DNA of 64,000 bases from Syntrophales bacterium (GCA_963668175.1 OY764159.1:4096001-4160000); one strand, 5' to 3'. Positions 41,653-51,904 are shown, counted from the first letter of the stretch. Notes: generated by a model not told the origin, from the letters alone. Program-made: numbers and translations.

Positions 41653-42600
41653 CTAGCGACGGCTCCGGTCGGCGATCACCCGCCTTCCGGCCTGGGCGAC
41701 ATTTTCGGCCGTGAGGCCGTAATGCTCGAAAAGGTCCGCTGCCGTACCGGAAGAACAGAAGGTATCATTGATGCCGATCCTTCTCATGGGTACCGGACAT
41801 TGTTCCGAAAGGACCTCGGAGACGGCGCTTCCCAGCCCGCCGATGATGGAGTGTTCCTCCGCTGTAATGATCGCCTTTGTCTCTTTGGCGCAGGAAACGA
41901 TCAATTCGTCGTCGATCGGTTTGATGGACGACATGTTGACGACTCGGGCGGATATGTTTTCCTGTTGAAGGATTTCCGCCGCTTTCAGCGATACGTGCAC
42001 CATGTATCCGGCGGCTATGATCGTCAGATCGGAGCCCCTGCGGACGATACTTCCCTGACCGATCCGGAATGTGAGGTTTTCATCGTAAAGGACGGGGAAT
42101 TTCATCCTGGACGTACGAACGTAAAAGGGTCCCGGGGCGGCGATGATGGTCTTCATGATGGCCTTCATTTCCATACCGTCGGCGGGAATCAGAACACGCA
42201 TGTTCGGGATGGCCCTCATCAACGCCAGATCTTCCGTCATCTGATGGCTTGCTCCGTCCTCGCCGACGGATATGCCGCCGTGGCTGGCGACGATCTTGAC
42301 ATTAAGGTTGGGATAGGCGATGGCCTGCCGCACCTGCTCCCAGGCGCGCCCCGAGGCGAACACGGCAAAGGTGCTGGCGAAGGGAATCTTCCCTGCCAGA
42401 GCGAGCCCGGCCGCCGTTCCCATCATGTCCTGCTCGGACACGCCCATATTAAAGAACCGCTCGGGACATTCCTTCGCAAAAAATTTGGTCATGGTCGAAG
42501 ACGAGAGATCGGCATCGAGGACAACGATATTCTTATTGGTACGTCCCAATTCCGCCAGGGTCTCTCCGTACGTTTCCCTGGTACCCATCAGCTCCGCCAT
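41653..42600 (-). CDS. Transketolase C-terminal subunit
   Basis: LDADL, NMGVSEQ, GEDGASHQ and EEHSIIGGLGSAV. Confidence 0.93.
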   Translation of the reverse strand: MAELMGTRETYGETLAELGRTNKNIVVLDADLSSSTMTKFFAKECPERFFNMGVSEQDMMGTAAGLALAGKIPFASTFAVFASGRAWEQVRQAIAYPNLNVKIVASHGGISVGEDGASHQMTEDLALMRAIPNMRVLIPADGMEMKAIMKTIIAAPGPFYVRTSRMKFPVLYDENLTFRIGQGSIVRRGSDLTIIAAGYMVHVSLKAAEILQQENISARVVNMSSIKPIDDELIVSCAKETKAIITAEEHSIIGGLGSAVSEVLSEQCPVPMRRIGINDTFCSSGTAADLFEHYGLTAENVAQAGRRVIADRSRR

Positions 42601-42603
42601 AAC

Positions 42604-43434
42604 TTATACTCCCAGTTCTTTCAAGGCTGCGGCAAGCTCGTCGGCGGACGGCGCCACCCCGTGGTACTTGGCCTTGTTTTCAAATAACGAAACCCCTTTC
42701 CCTTTAACCGTCTTGGCGATGACGGCCGTGGGACGATCCGTTACGGATTTTCCTTTAACCTGCGTCAGTATCTTGACCAGAGCGGATAAATCGTGGCCGT
42801 CGATCTCGTGGGTATCCCAGCCGAAGGATGACCATTTATCCTTGATCGGCTCCACTCCTTTGACATCCTTGACGAAACCGTCAATTTGCAGCCCGTTGTT
42901 ATCCACAACGACCGTAACCTTGCCCAATTTATAATGCGCGGACGTCATAGCGGCTTCCCAGACCTGCCCTTCCTGCAACTCTCCGTCGCCAAGAACGGCG
43001 TAGACCTGGGATTCGATCCCGTCCAGCCTGAGTCCCAATGCGATGCCGTTCGCTACCGACAGGCCTTGCCCCAAGGAACCGGATGTCGCGTCGACGCCCG
43101 GGGTGAGTTTGGCGTTCGGATGCCCTTGCAGGCAGCTGTTCAATTGTCTCAAGGTTCCGAGTTCATCCATGCTGAAATAACCGGCCATGGACAGAACAGT
43201 GTACAGGGCGGGCGCCGCATGCCCCTTGGACAAAACGAACCGGTCGCGTTCCCGCCAAGCGGGATCGTCCGGCCGGTGCCGCATGACCTCGAAATAGAGC
43301 GCCACCAGGATGTCCGTGGCCGACAGGGACCCGCCGGTATGTCCCGAATTCGCCTTATTGAGCATCTTGAGGACGTTGATCCTCACTTGTCGCGCCGTTT
43401 CCTGTAATTGTCGGATTTTTTCTTCTGAAATCAT
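42604..43434 (-). CDS. Transketolase N-terminal subunit
   Basis: SGHTGGSLS, RDRFVLSKGHA, LQGHP, GSLGQG and ThDP motif GDGELQEG...N. Confidence 0.93.
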   Translation of the reverse strand: MISEEKIRQLQETARQVRINVLKMLNKANSGHTGGSLSATDILVALYFEVMRHRPDDPAWRERDRFVLSKGHAAPALYTVLSMAGYFSMDELGTLRQLNSCLQGHPNAKLTPGVDATSGSLGQGLSVANGIALGLRLDGIESQVYAVLGDGELQEGQVWEAAMTSAHYKLGKVTVVVDNNGLQIDGFVKDVKGVEPIKDKWSSFGWDTHEIDGHDLSALVKILTQVKGKSVTDRPTAVIAKTVKGKGVSLFENKAKYHGVAPSADELAAALKELGV

Positions 43435-43593
43435 GAGTGGAACTCTGCCTTTTGTTCAGATGGGCCGTGGAACTGGCCAACGGTGCGCGAACCTAACACA
43501 GAAGGTAGGCCGTTGCAAGGCCATATTTGAGCATGATGGATACGTGAGCGATATTCATGCATTAACCGAGGAGAGCTAAAAATGGCGGGACGG

Positions 43594-44976
43594 TCACTTG
43601 CCGATGCAGAAGGTCGAAAAAATCCTGTTTAAGATATCCTCGGAGGTCGTCTTGCCGACGATGTCGTCCAGCCCTCCCAGGGCATCCCAGATATCATAGG
43701 CAACCAATTCCGGATTGCGGTCGGCCACGACGCCGGCCGTCGCCTGTCCGAGAAAATAGAGGGCCGTTTCCAAGGCAAGTTTATGGCGCACGTTGGACAG
43801 GATGACGTCTTCCGGGTTTTCTTCTCCGGCGTCACTCGCTGTCCGGCAAAGTACGTCGGTAAAATCGGACAGATCCTCGCCGAACTTCACGGACATTTTG
43901 ACGACGGGTCTGTCCGGGAACATCGATCTTAGCGCCCCTTCATCCAGGAGGCAGGGCAAATCGATTTTATTGATAATGGGAATGACGTTCCGGTCATGGA
44001 GTCGGGCTCCGACTTCGACGTCGTCTCCCGTCAGAGGCTCGCTGCCGTCGAACACCGCCAGGATAACATCCGCCTTGACAACCTGATCCCAGACCAGTTC
44101 GATCCCTTCTTCCTCTATCGGATCTTCCGTCCGCCTGATTCCGGCCGTATCCGTGATCTTAACGGGCATACCCTGGATATTGAGAAACTCCTCGATAAAA
44201 TCCCTGGTCGTCCCCGGAACAGGACTTACAATGGCCCGTTTCTCCCCCAGAAGCCGGTTCAGGAGGCTCGACTTGCCCACATTGGTCCTGCCGACAATGA
44301 CGGCACTGACGCCTTGCCGATAGGCCTTGCCCTCGCCGTAGGAAGACAGGAGGGCGTTGAGGTCGCGCATGACGGCCTGAAGTCTCTCCGTGATACGCTT
44401 ACCTTCTGCGGCGTCCGCAATATCGTCGGAAAAATCGAGGGAAGCCTCCACATCGGCCAGGACGTTCGTCAACTGCAGGCGGCTCGCTTCTACCTTTTCT
44501 TTAAGACCGCCCTTCAAATGGGTCAGAGCCAGATCAACGCCTTTTTCCGTCTTGGCCTGGATAAGATCGATAACGGCTTCCGCCTGACTGAGATCCATCC
44601 GGTTGTTGAGAAAAGCGCGTTTCGTGAATTCGCCCGGTTCGGCAAGCCTGGCCCCTGCCCGAACGGCTTCGTCCAGGACCTCCCGGAGGACGATGTTGCC
44701 CCCATGGCAATGTATTTCCAGAACGTCCTCACCCGTGTAGGAATGAGGCCTTCGCATGAGGGCAATCAGTACTTCATCGAGGATTTTCCCGGTCTTTCCG
44801 GAAACGATATCGCCGTGATAGAGTTTATGCGATTTGAATGGAACGGTGCCGCTTCGAGGCTTGAACAGTTTCCGTGCGATGCCCTCCGATTCGGGTCCGC
44901 TGAGCCTGACGATCCCTATGGCCCCTGCTCCCGGCGCGGTTGCTATCGCCGCTATGGTTTCTTCGGGATGCGCCAT
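43594..44976 (-). CDS. mnmE: tRNA modification GTPase MnmE
   Basis: TIAAIAT, SYTGED, GRTNVGKSS, GTTRD, DTAG, NKID and C-terminal FCIGK. Confidence 0.97.
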   Translation of the reverse strand: MAHPEETIAAIATAPGAGAIGIVRLSGPESEGIARKLFKPRSGTVPFKSHKLYHGDIVSGKTGKILDEVLIALMRRPHSYTGEDVLEIHCHGGNIVLREVLDEAVRAGARLAEPGEFTKRAFLNNRMDLSQAEAVIDLIQAKTEKGVDLALTHLKGGLKEKVEASRLQLTNVLADVEASLDFSDDIADAAEGKRITERLQAVMRDLNALLSSYGEGKAYRQGVSAVIVGRTNVGKSSLLNRLLGEKRAIVSPVPGTTRDFIEEFLNIQGMPVKITDTAGIRRTEDPIEEEGIELVWDQVVKADVILAVFDGSEPLTGDDVEVGARLHDRNVIPIINKIDLPCLLDEGALRSMFPDRPVVKMSVKFGEDLSDFTDVLCRTASDAGEENPEDVILSNVRHKLALETALYFLGQATAGVVADRNPELVAYDIWDALGGLDDIVGKTTSEDILNRIFSTFCIGK

Positions 44977-44984
44977 GCCGTGTC

Positions 44985-45899
44985 TCAGGATGGATTCTTG
45001 GCACTCTTCGGTTTCTTTGCCGGCATAATCACGATCTTTCGGTAATCCCCTTCCCCCCGGCTTTTCGTCACCAGGGAAGTGTCATTCTGCAGAGCGAGAT
45101 GGATAATCCGGCGGTCGTGGGCATTCATGTTGCTTACGGTCACGGCTTTTTTGGTCTTCTTCACCTTTTCCCCGAGCTTGGAGGCAAGCGTCAAGAGGGA
45201 TTCTTCCCTTCTTTTTCTGTACGAGCCCGAGTCGATAATGATGGGTTTCCGGCCGTTCTCCGACTGGCTGGTCGCCTTGTTGACGATATACTGAATGGCA
45301 TCGAGATTCTGGCCGCGCTTTCCTATCAGAAGTCCGCCGCTGTCCCCCTCGATATTCAGAGTGATGGCCTCGCCGGTCTCCGCGACGGTTACCGGGCAGT
45401 CGACGCCCATTCGGGACAGGATGCCTTCCAGAATTGATTTTGCCTTTTCGGTGATCTTTTCATTCGATTCGGCGCCGGCTTCCGGTTGTCGTGGAGCGGG
45501 CGCATGAACATTGACCTGCGGTTCCTTTGCCGCTTCGGCCGGTGCCGCTCTCAATACCTCTGTTTCCCGCACCGGCGTTTTCACCACGGCAGGTTTAGCG
45601 GGAGGCGTCTTGACCGGTGCCGGTTTCGCAGGCGGCCGCTCTGCAGGTATCGCCTCCTTCGGGGATGAAGATGGTACGGCCCTCACCTGCGGCCGCTCAA
45701 CGGGTGCCGCCTCAAAGGCTATATCCAGATTTATCAAACTGGCCTTGATCAGGGCTTTTTTCGAGCCGATGCCCAGAAATCCCGTTGTCCCCTCCGATAT
45801 GATTTCAATATTGAGTTTTTCCCGCGGTACATTAAATTCGCGACAAGCCCTTTCAATGGCTTCATCGATGGTTTTTCCTTCTATCTCCACTGTACTCAT
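44985..45899 (-). CDS. jag: RNA-binding protein Jag/EloR (KH-R3H)
   Basis: Jag_N domain, Pro/Ala linker, KH motif LIGKRGQNLDAIQ and R3H motif RRIIH. Confidence 0.95.
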   Translation of the reverse strand: MSTVEIEGKTIDEAIERACREFNVPREKLNIEIISEGTTGFLGIGSKKALIKASLINLDIAFEAAPVERPQVRAVPSSSPKEAIPAERPPAKPAPVKTPPAKPAVVKTPVRETEVLRAAPAEAAKEPQVNVHAPAPRQPEAGAESNEKITEKAKSILEGILSRMGVDCPVTVAETGEAITLNIEGDSGGLLIGKRGQNLDAIQYIVNKATSQSENGRKPIIIDSGSYRKRREESLLTLASKLGEKVKKTKKAVTVSNMNAHDRRIIHLALQNDTSLVTKSRGEGDYRKIVIMPAKKPKSAKNPS

Positions 45900-45916
45900 C
45901 TGAAACCTCGCTTCAA

Positions 45917-47545
45917 CTACGCTTTCTTATTGATGTAATATTGCTGTCCGATGCTGATGACGTTGTTGAACAGCCAGTAAATAACCAACCCCGACGGAAA
46001 GTTCAAAAACATAAACGTGAAAATGACGGGCATCCAGAGCATGATTTTGGCCTGCATGGGATCGCCGGGAGACGGGGTCATCTTCTGCTGAATGAACATG
46101 GTGCCGCCCATGATGATGGGAGTGATGTAATAGGGATCGGCGGCCGACAGATCCTGAATCCACCAGAAGAAGGGCGCATGCCGGAGCTCAATGGCGTACA
46201 GAAGCGCTTTGTAAAGCCCGAAAAAGACCGGAATCTGGATCAACATGGGGAGACAGCCGCCGAAGGGATTAACCTTGTTGGCTTTATAAAGCGCCATCGT
46301 TTCCTGGCTCAGCTTCTGCTTGTCGTTCTTATGTTTTTCCTGCAACTCTTTAATTTTCGGCGACAGCTTCTGCATCTCCTTCATGGATTTGTAACTTATG
46401 TTGCCGAGGGGCCAGAAGATGATCTTGATGATAAAAGTCAGAATGATGATGGCAATGCCGTAATTGCCGACATATTGATTGATATAGTTCACCGTGGACA
46501 AGAGGGGAATGGCAAGATACTTGAGCCAGGACCCGAAATCGATCGAATCTTCCAGCTTCATGTTCTGGGCCTTGAGGATGCCGTAATCCTTGGGTCCCAG
46601 GTAGATATTGTAATTGTACAGGCCGAACTGCCCGGGGGGGATGATGTTCTTGGGTCCCCTCAGGGAAACGGCAATGGTGTTCCTCTCGTCCTTGGCGACG
46701 GACAGACTGGTTTGGGACGGATTCTGCGGAATCAGTGAGGCGATGAAGTATTTGCTTTCAAAGCCGGCCCACGACACATCGGGTCCCAATGTGACGGCCT
46801 TCTCCACTTTCTTGGCTTCCATCCGCTCTACATCCTTGGAGATAAAGTACACGGGGCCGTTTTCAGGCGCCGAATCTTTTTCGTTTTTCGGATCAAAAGA
46901 CTCCGTCCAGGAAAGACTAGCATTCTGGGTCAGGGGATTGCTGGAAAGATTGTTGACCTTGATCTCCAACCCGAGAATGTACTTGTCGGGATAAAGCGTA
47001 AAGGTTTTCTCGACGCGTATATCCTTATAGGTTTGGGTGAATGTAATCTGCTTGTTTTCCCGGCTTTGCGTCATGTCGATAGACTGGGCGGCCGTATCGT
47101 ATACGATGCCCGCGGGAACATCGATGCTCGAATCCGGAAAGGAGATGGAGAGCGGCTGCTGAAGGGCATCGGCGGCGTTGACCAGTTCCTGCAACTCCGC
47201 GTTTTTGGTAAGTTCCTTTTTGTATCCTTTGAGTTTAAAAGACTTAAGTGTCCCATCCTTGGTAGTAAAGATCGCTTTATAAAGAGCCGTTTCCACGTGA
47301 ATGTCTCTGGCCGCGACAGCGGCAGCCGCCGGCGACACGGATTTGGCCGCCTGTGCCGGAGCTGCGCCCCCGGCGACTGCGGTCGCCGTTGTTGCGCTCT
47401 TGGCCGGCTGCGTGGATGAGGGAACAGCCGCCGTCTCCGTTTTGGCAGCGGGCTTTTGAGCTACCTGGGGTTTCATAAAGAAGATCTGGTAGACGAGAAC
47501 GACTGCAATAGAAAGGACGATGGCCAGGATAGTCCTTTTTTCCAT
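45917..47545 (-). CDS. yidC: Membrane protein insertase YidC
   Basis: YLGPK, GNYGIAII, GGCLPMLIQIPVF, WIQDLS.ADPYY and PSGLVIYW. Confidence 0.97.
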   Translation of the reverse strand: MEKRTILAIVLSIAVVLVYQIFFMKPQVAQKPAAKTETAAVPSSTQPAKSATTATAVAGGAAPAQAAKSVSPAAAAVAARDIHVETALYKAIFTTKDGTLKSFKLKGYKKELTKNAELQELVNAADALQQPLSISFPDSSIDVPAGIVYDTAAQSIDMTQSRENKQITFTQTYKDIRVEKTFTLYPDKYILGLEIKVNNLSSNPLTQNASLSWTESFDPKNEKDSAPENGPVYFISKDVERMEAKKVEKAVTLGPDVSWAGFESKYFIASLIPQNPSQTSLSVAKDERNTIAVSLRGPKNIIPPGQFGLYNYNIYLGPKDYGILKAQNMKLEDSIDFGSWLKYLAIPLLSTVNYINQYVGNYGIAIIILTFIIKIIFWPLGNISYKSMKEMQKLSPKIKELQEKHKNDKQKLSQETMALYKANKVNPFGGCLPMLIQIPVFFGLYKALLYAIELRHAPFFWWIQDLSAADPYYITPIIMGGTMFIQQKMTPSPGDPMQAKIMLWMPVIFTFMFLNFPSGLVIYWLFNNVISIGQQYYINKKA

Positions 47546-47633
47546 GGATGACCTCCGGACAGATTTAATCTGTTCTATTAAGAATACAAAAATGCCGAAA
47601 GCTCACTCTTGTATCGTCATTGTCTCATTTGGC

Positions 47634-47870
47634 TTACTTCACGGGATCGTATCCGCCAGGATGCCAGGGGTGGCACCGGAGAAGACGCCTCATACCGAGA
47701 AAGAATCCCTTGATGGGGCCGTGATGCTTGATTGCCGAGATGGCATACTCGGAACATGATGGGTAAAAACGACAGCAGGTGGGAAATACGGGAGAAAGAA
47801 GCATTTGATATGCGCGGATACCAAACACCATACATCTTCCAGTCATCTTCGCAAGAGAGAGATCAAACAT
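47634..47870 (-). CDS. yidD: Membrane protein insertion efficiency factor
   Basis: [10 protein letters not shown] and [16 protein letters not shown]. Confidence 0.95.
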   Translation of the reverse strand: MFDLSLAKMTGRCMVFGIRAYQMLLSPVFPTCCRFYPSCSEYAISAIKHHGPIKGFFLGMRRLLRCHPWHPGGYDPVK

Positions 47871-47873
47871 CTG

Positions 47874-48212
47874 TTATCTAATAAGCAAGGCCGCCAGCTC
47901 GCGCTCGACGTCACTGTAGGTTAGGGGTAATTGCAGCGATTTTTTGGCAATGACGACCATGTCTCGTGAGGGTGCAAGCCTCGATTTATTCAATCTGAAA
48001 AATTCTCTCAACAGACGCTTGATCCTGTTTCTTTTAACGGCATTTCCAACCTTTTTGCTGACCGTGACACCCAGTCTTCTCGTACCCTCCCGGTTTTTGC
48101 ATATGATAACGGTAAAGTTATCTGAATGCCTCCTCACTCCACGCTGATAGATGTCTGCAAATTCTTTTTTTCTGCGGATTCTCTCTCGTTTACCGAAGGA
48201 ATGTGGTCTCAT
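47874..48212 (-). CDS. rnpA: Ribonuclease P protein component
   Basis: RLGVTVSKKVGNAVKRNRIKRLLRE (RNR motif). Confidence 0.96.
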   Translation of the reverse strand: MRPHSFGKRERIRRKKEFADIYQRGVRRHSDNFTVIICKNREGTRRLGVTVSKKVGNAVKRNRIKRLLREFFRLNKSRLAPSRDMVVIAKKSLQLPLTYSDVERELAALLIR

Positions 48213-48276
48213 GTCTTTCAGGCCCTGAACACTCTTGACCGTGTCAACGGCCTGGATTAAACCCGCATGGAGGAAG

Positions 48277-48414
48277 CTAAACCGCGAGTTTTTTCCTGCC
48301 CTTGGCCCTTCGCCTGCTTAAAACCAGCCTGCCGCCCTGGGTGGACATCCGGACCAAAAAACCGTGGGTTCTTTTTCGTTTCTTATTGCTCTTGTTTGTC
48401 AGATTCTTCTTCAT
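48277..48414 (-). CDS. rpmH: 50S ribosomal protein L34 (45 aa; absent from the ORF track)
   Basis: Manual translation gives [45 protein letters not shown]; lies upstream of rnpA. Confidence 0.95.
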   Translation of the reverse strand: MKKNLTNKSNKKRKRTHGFLVRMSTQGGRLVLSRRRAKGRKKLAV

Positions 48415-48607
48415 AGCGACACGGACTCCGAAATGAAAGTTTAAGAGGCGTCATAAACCATACTCAAATATGTTTGTCAAGGTTTAAATAACCGCCGTCT
48501 CGGTCCATGATCGGGAAATTCATTCAGGAAACGTCCTTCCCTGCCGGCTTTCCTTGAACAACGCCGGGTCCCTCCTTACGATGGTGCCTCGACCCGATGA
48601 GAAAGGT

Positions 48608-49492
48608 TCATTTGGGTCTATCTTCCGGTGCCTCCGGCTTCTTTGCCTGGTCGCCGCCGCTCCCTGCCTCCGGAAGAGGACCTTCTTTCTGATCAGGGGC
48701 GTCCTTGGCGACGCCCGGAGAGCCCCCGGCATCCGCTTTTTGTGCAGCATTGTCGCCTTCGTCATCGGGACCTTTAACAATCTCTTCGTAATCCGGTATG
48801 ACGATACCCCTTCGGATCATGATACCATATATTTTACGGGAACGGTTGGCAACGTAACTTGATGATCCCGTTGGGTTATATTTCCGGGGATTCGGAAGAA
48901 CGGCGGCCAGGCGGGAGGCCTCTTCGGCAGTCAGGGCCGCAGCCGATTTTCCGTAATATCGTCGGGCCGCCATTTCAATTCCGAAGAAACCGTCTCCCCA
49001 TTCGGCAACATTCAGATAAAGCTCGATAATGCGCTTCTTGGACAGGTTCTGTTCGATGCGCCACGTCAGGATGGCCTCCTTGATCTTCCGGATGGGATTC
49101 TTGCTGGGCGAAAGATATAAATTTTTAGCAAGTTGCTGAGTTATGGTGCTGCCGCCTATTTTAAATTTCTTTTTCTTGATGTCCTCTTCGATGGCTTTCT
49201 GGATGGCGTCGAAGTCAAATCCCTCATGTTCCCAAAACTTATCATCCTCGGCAATCAGAACCGCCTTTACAACAAAAGGAGAAATGCGCGCCAGGGGCAC
49301 CCAGGCGACCTGGGCTTTCTTTTTAAGCCCTTGATTCTCCCATTCCTTTTCCCGGTATTCCATGAAGGCTGTTTTTTTTGGGCTCGCCTTTTTGAGTTGC
49401 GAGACGCCTGGATAGAAGAAATAGATCCCTATATTCAAAGTGACGACCAGGATAAGACCTGATATCAGGATCAGTAACCATTTTTTCAACAT
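48608..49492 (-). CDS. mtgA: Monofunctional peptidoglycan transglycosylase
   Basis: N-terminal TM helix, AEDDKFWEHEGFD, GGSTITQQLAKNLYL, RKIKE and ELYLN; low-complexity tail. Confidence 0.93.
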   Translation of the reverse strand: MLKKWLLILISGLILVVTLNIGIYFFYPGVSQLKKASPKKTAFMEYREKEWENQGLKKKAQVAWVPLARISPFVVKAVLIAEDDKFWEHEGFDFDAIQKAIEEDIKKKKFKIGGSTITQQLAKNLYLSPSKNPIRKIKEAILTWRIEQNLSKKRIIELYLNVAEWGDGFFGIEMAARRYYGKSAAALTAEEASRLAAVLPNPRKYNPTGSSSYVANRSRKIYGIMIRRGIVIPDYEEIVKGPDDEGDNAAQKADAGGSPGVAKDAPDQKEGPLPEAGSGGDQAKKPEAPEDRPK

Positions 49493-49870
49493 GTTCAAAT
49501 GACCTCGGTCTATTCTTTCATGTATGGAAGAAATCGGACAGTCAGCAGGTCCCCCGGTGGGGCATTCGTCATTATCGCAATCATTATAAAATGTTCACAC
49601 AATATGAGGGGCTGCAATCTGCTGTCGTCTGCCGGTATTCTCCCGTGAGCTTCGGCACGGGGTTTGTTATCTCATTCAGGCATTTTTTAAAAGACCTAAA
49701 ATGCGGTTATCTCGGGTTATTTTCAGATAAATAAAAAAAACGATTTGACTTGCTTCAAACTTTTCAGTAAGTATTACGCGCAATTTTTGTGTGCAGCTGG
49801 TCATCCATTGCCAAAATCTGTGCACCGTGAATGTGGGGCATCCCCGGGAAGAAATTAAGGAGGTACCTTC

Positions 49871-50908
49871 ATGATGAAACGGCGGATTTTCCTATGGATG
49901 GGACTTAGCGTCCTGTTCTTAAGTACGTGCTTATGCACCGAGGGATTTTCCAAGGAGCGCTATCAGGTTAAGCAGGGTAGCACGCTCTTTACGATTGCGA
50001 AAAAATACGGCGTTTCCGTTGCGGACTTGAAAAAAGCGAACAATCTTCGCGGAAATGCCCTTAAACCGGGCCAGATTCTTACGATTCCGGACCGCAAGGA
50101 AGCGACGGCCGCCAAGGCGGACAAGAAGGTAAAACCCGTTGCCAAGGGTAAAACCGCCCCCGCTTCCAAAACCAGCTTCTATGTTGTGAAGAAAGGCGAT
50201 TCTATCTACAGCATCGCCAAGAAGACTGGACTGTCCGTTGCAGAAATCAAACAAATCAATCATTTACGCAGCAACGCCCTCAAGCCGGGCAGAAAGCTGG
50301 CGTTGGCACGACACGGTGTGGACAGGGACGACGCCCAGGATGCCATTGCCTCCCGTAAGAAAACAAGTGCTTTCGATCTCGATGACGACGATCTGGAAGA
50401 CGACAGCGTCGCCGTGGAAGACGATCCCAAGGATATCGAAAAAGAGAGAGGCGTCAGTTCCTCGCTCCTCGGTACATGGAACAATCCGGAAGAACCCCGT
50501 CTGCTTGTGAGAGTGGTTAAAGGCTTTCTGGGTACGCCCTATCGCATGGGGGGGTCGACGGTACGGGGCATCGATTGCTCGGGATTCGTCGCCAAGATCT
50601 ATGAATTCTTCGACGTGAGCCTTCCCAGAACGGCCAGGGAACAGGCCCGGGTCGGCAAGGTCGTGTCCAAGGATGAACTCGTCGAAGGAGATCTGGTTTT
50701 CTTCAATACGAGGCGGGCCTTCGGCCACGTCGGCATTTACATCGGCAATAACGAGTTTATCCATGCCTCGTCGGGTCGCAGTTCCAAGGCCGTCCGTATC
50801 GATAATCTGGATAAACCCTATTACCACAAGCGCTTCATCAAGGCCGTCCGGCTCAAAGGAATCGATGACAAGTCGGCCGTCCTCAAGAGCGGAGATGGTA
50901 AGGTGTAG
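49871..50908 (+). CDS. LysM-LysM-NlpC/P60 peptidoglycan endopeptidase
   Basis: Signal peptide, two LysM repeats, GTPY, DCSGF and HVGIY...FIHAS. Confidence 0.93.
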   Translation: MMKRRIFLWMGLSVLFLSTCLCTEGFSKERYQVKQGSTLFTIAKKYGVSVADLKKANNLRGNALKPGQILTIPDRKEATAAKADKKVKPVAKGKTAPASKTSFYVVKKGDSIYSIAKKTGLSVAEIKQINHLRSNALKPGRKLALARHGVDRDDAQDAIASRKKTSAFDLDDDDLEDDSVAVEDDPKDIEKERGVSSSLLGTWNNPEEPRLLVRVVKGFLGTPYRMGGSTVRGIDCSGFVAKIYEFFDVSLPRTAREQARVGKVVSKDELVEGDLVFFNTRRAFGHVGIYIGNNEFIHASSGRSSKAVRIDNLDKPYYHKRFIKAVRLKGIDDKSAVLKSGDGKV

Positions 50909-51131
50909 TCTCCCTCACCGGGTCGATAGGAACGTCCCTGTAAATGGATCAAACGCCAATGCCCGGTTTTCGGGGCCTGAGCGGAAAGCTTCGGGACATT
51001 TGATATTCAAACAGCAGCAGGGCAAGCGTGCTTTCCTGCCCGGCTGTTCCATTTTCAGTCTTGCCGTCAACGCCCGGTTAACGTAAGGGGCAAAGAACAC
51101 CCGCCGACGTAAACGGCATGATCGAAACTAA

Positions 51132-51626
51132 TCAGATAAACCGTTCAAATCTTTCCTTTTTCGCTTTACAGACGGGACAGAGTTCGGGCGGATGTGCTCT
51201 CGCGCAGAGATAGCCGCAGACCTTGCAGCGCCAGACGGGATACGGCAGAGGTTTATCCCAGGCACGACTTTCGGACAACTCACCGGTCTTCTTCGGGCGA
51301 TCAGGCGGCCTTCGTTCCGGAACAGGTTTGAGAACCGCCTCCCCCCGCACGACGGCACCAGATACATAGAGGGCGCAATAGCAGGCGCCGAACTCAATCA
51401 GATCGTCGTCGCGGTAATCGCAGGGACAGATGATATCCACGTCGTCTTCCTTCACGCCTTCGGCCAGCCGGCAGGGACAGGCCCAATAGCCGTACCTGCC
51501 TTCGTTCGTCAAAAGACCGGCGATGAGATCGAGCGTGAAAGACTCATCAGGGTTTAAATAATAGCCTGAACCTTCCGCCTCTTTTTTCAGCTTCGCATAA
51601 AGCTTGCTTACGGCCTCTTCCGTCAT
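51132..51626 (-). CDS. Ferredoxin:thioredoxin reductase catalytic-subunit homologue with C-terminal rubredoxin domain (FDR-like)
   Basis: CPC, CPC and CYC motifs, then WRCKVCGY...CPVC. Confidence 0.88.
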   Translation of the reverse strand: MTEEAVSKLYAKLKKEAEGSGYYLNPDESFTLDLIAGLLTNEGRYGYWACPCRLAEGVKEDDVDIICPCDYRDDDLIEFGACYCALYVSGAVVRGEAVLKPVPERRPPDRPKKTGELSESRAWDKPLPYPVWRCKVCGYLCARAHPPELCPVCKAKKERFERFI

Positions 51627-51904
51627 AGATTCAAGCTCTCCCGCATCTTCTGTTCGTCATAACCGACGATACAACGGCTGTTGTCGATGACAAGCGACGG
51701 AAACGAACACGCCGGATTCCATTTTCTGATTTCATCCATAACGGTCGCCCGTTCCTGTTTGTCGAGCAGATCGACATCGAGATACTGGAAATCGACATGC
51801 ATTTCTTCCAGAAAAGCTTTGGTTTTCTTGCACCAGACACAGGTACTCAGAGCATACAGCATCACGTCGCCCTTCTTGTCGCCTTTTACGTGTTTTATCG
51901 TCAT
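51623..51904 (-). CDS. Glutaredoxin-like protein (CVWC, methanoredoxin-like)
   Basis: LSTCVWCKK and cis-Pro motif SFP; ATGA overlap with the FTR-like gene. Confidence 0.88.
   Translation of the reverse strand: MTIKHVKGDKKGDVMLYALSTCVWCKKTKAFLEEMHVDFQYLDVDLLDKQERATVMDEIRKWNPACSFPSLVIDNSRCIVGYDEQKMRESLNL

Noticed and set aside
49651..49670. Sigma54-like site CGGCACGGGGTTTGT upstream of the NlpC/P60 gene
   Set aside because: The -12 element is GT rather than the near-invariant GC; too weak to call without data.
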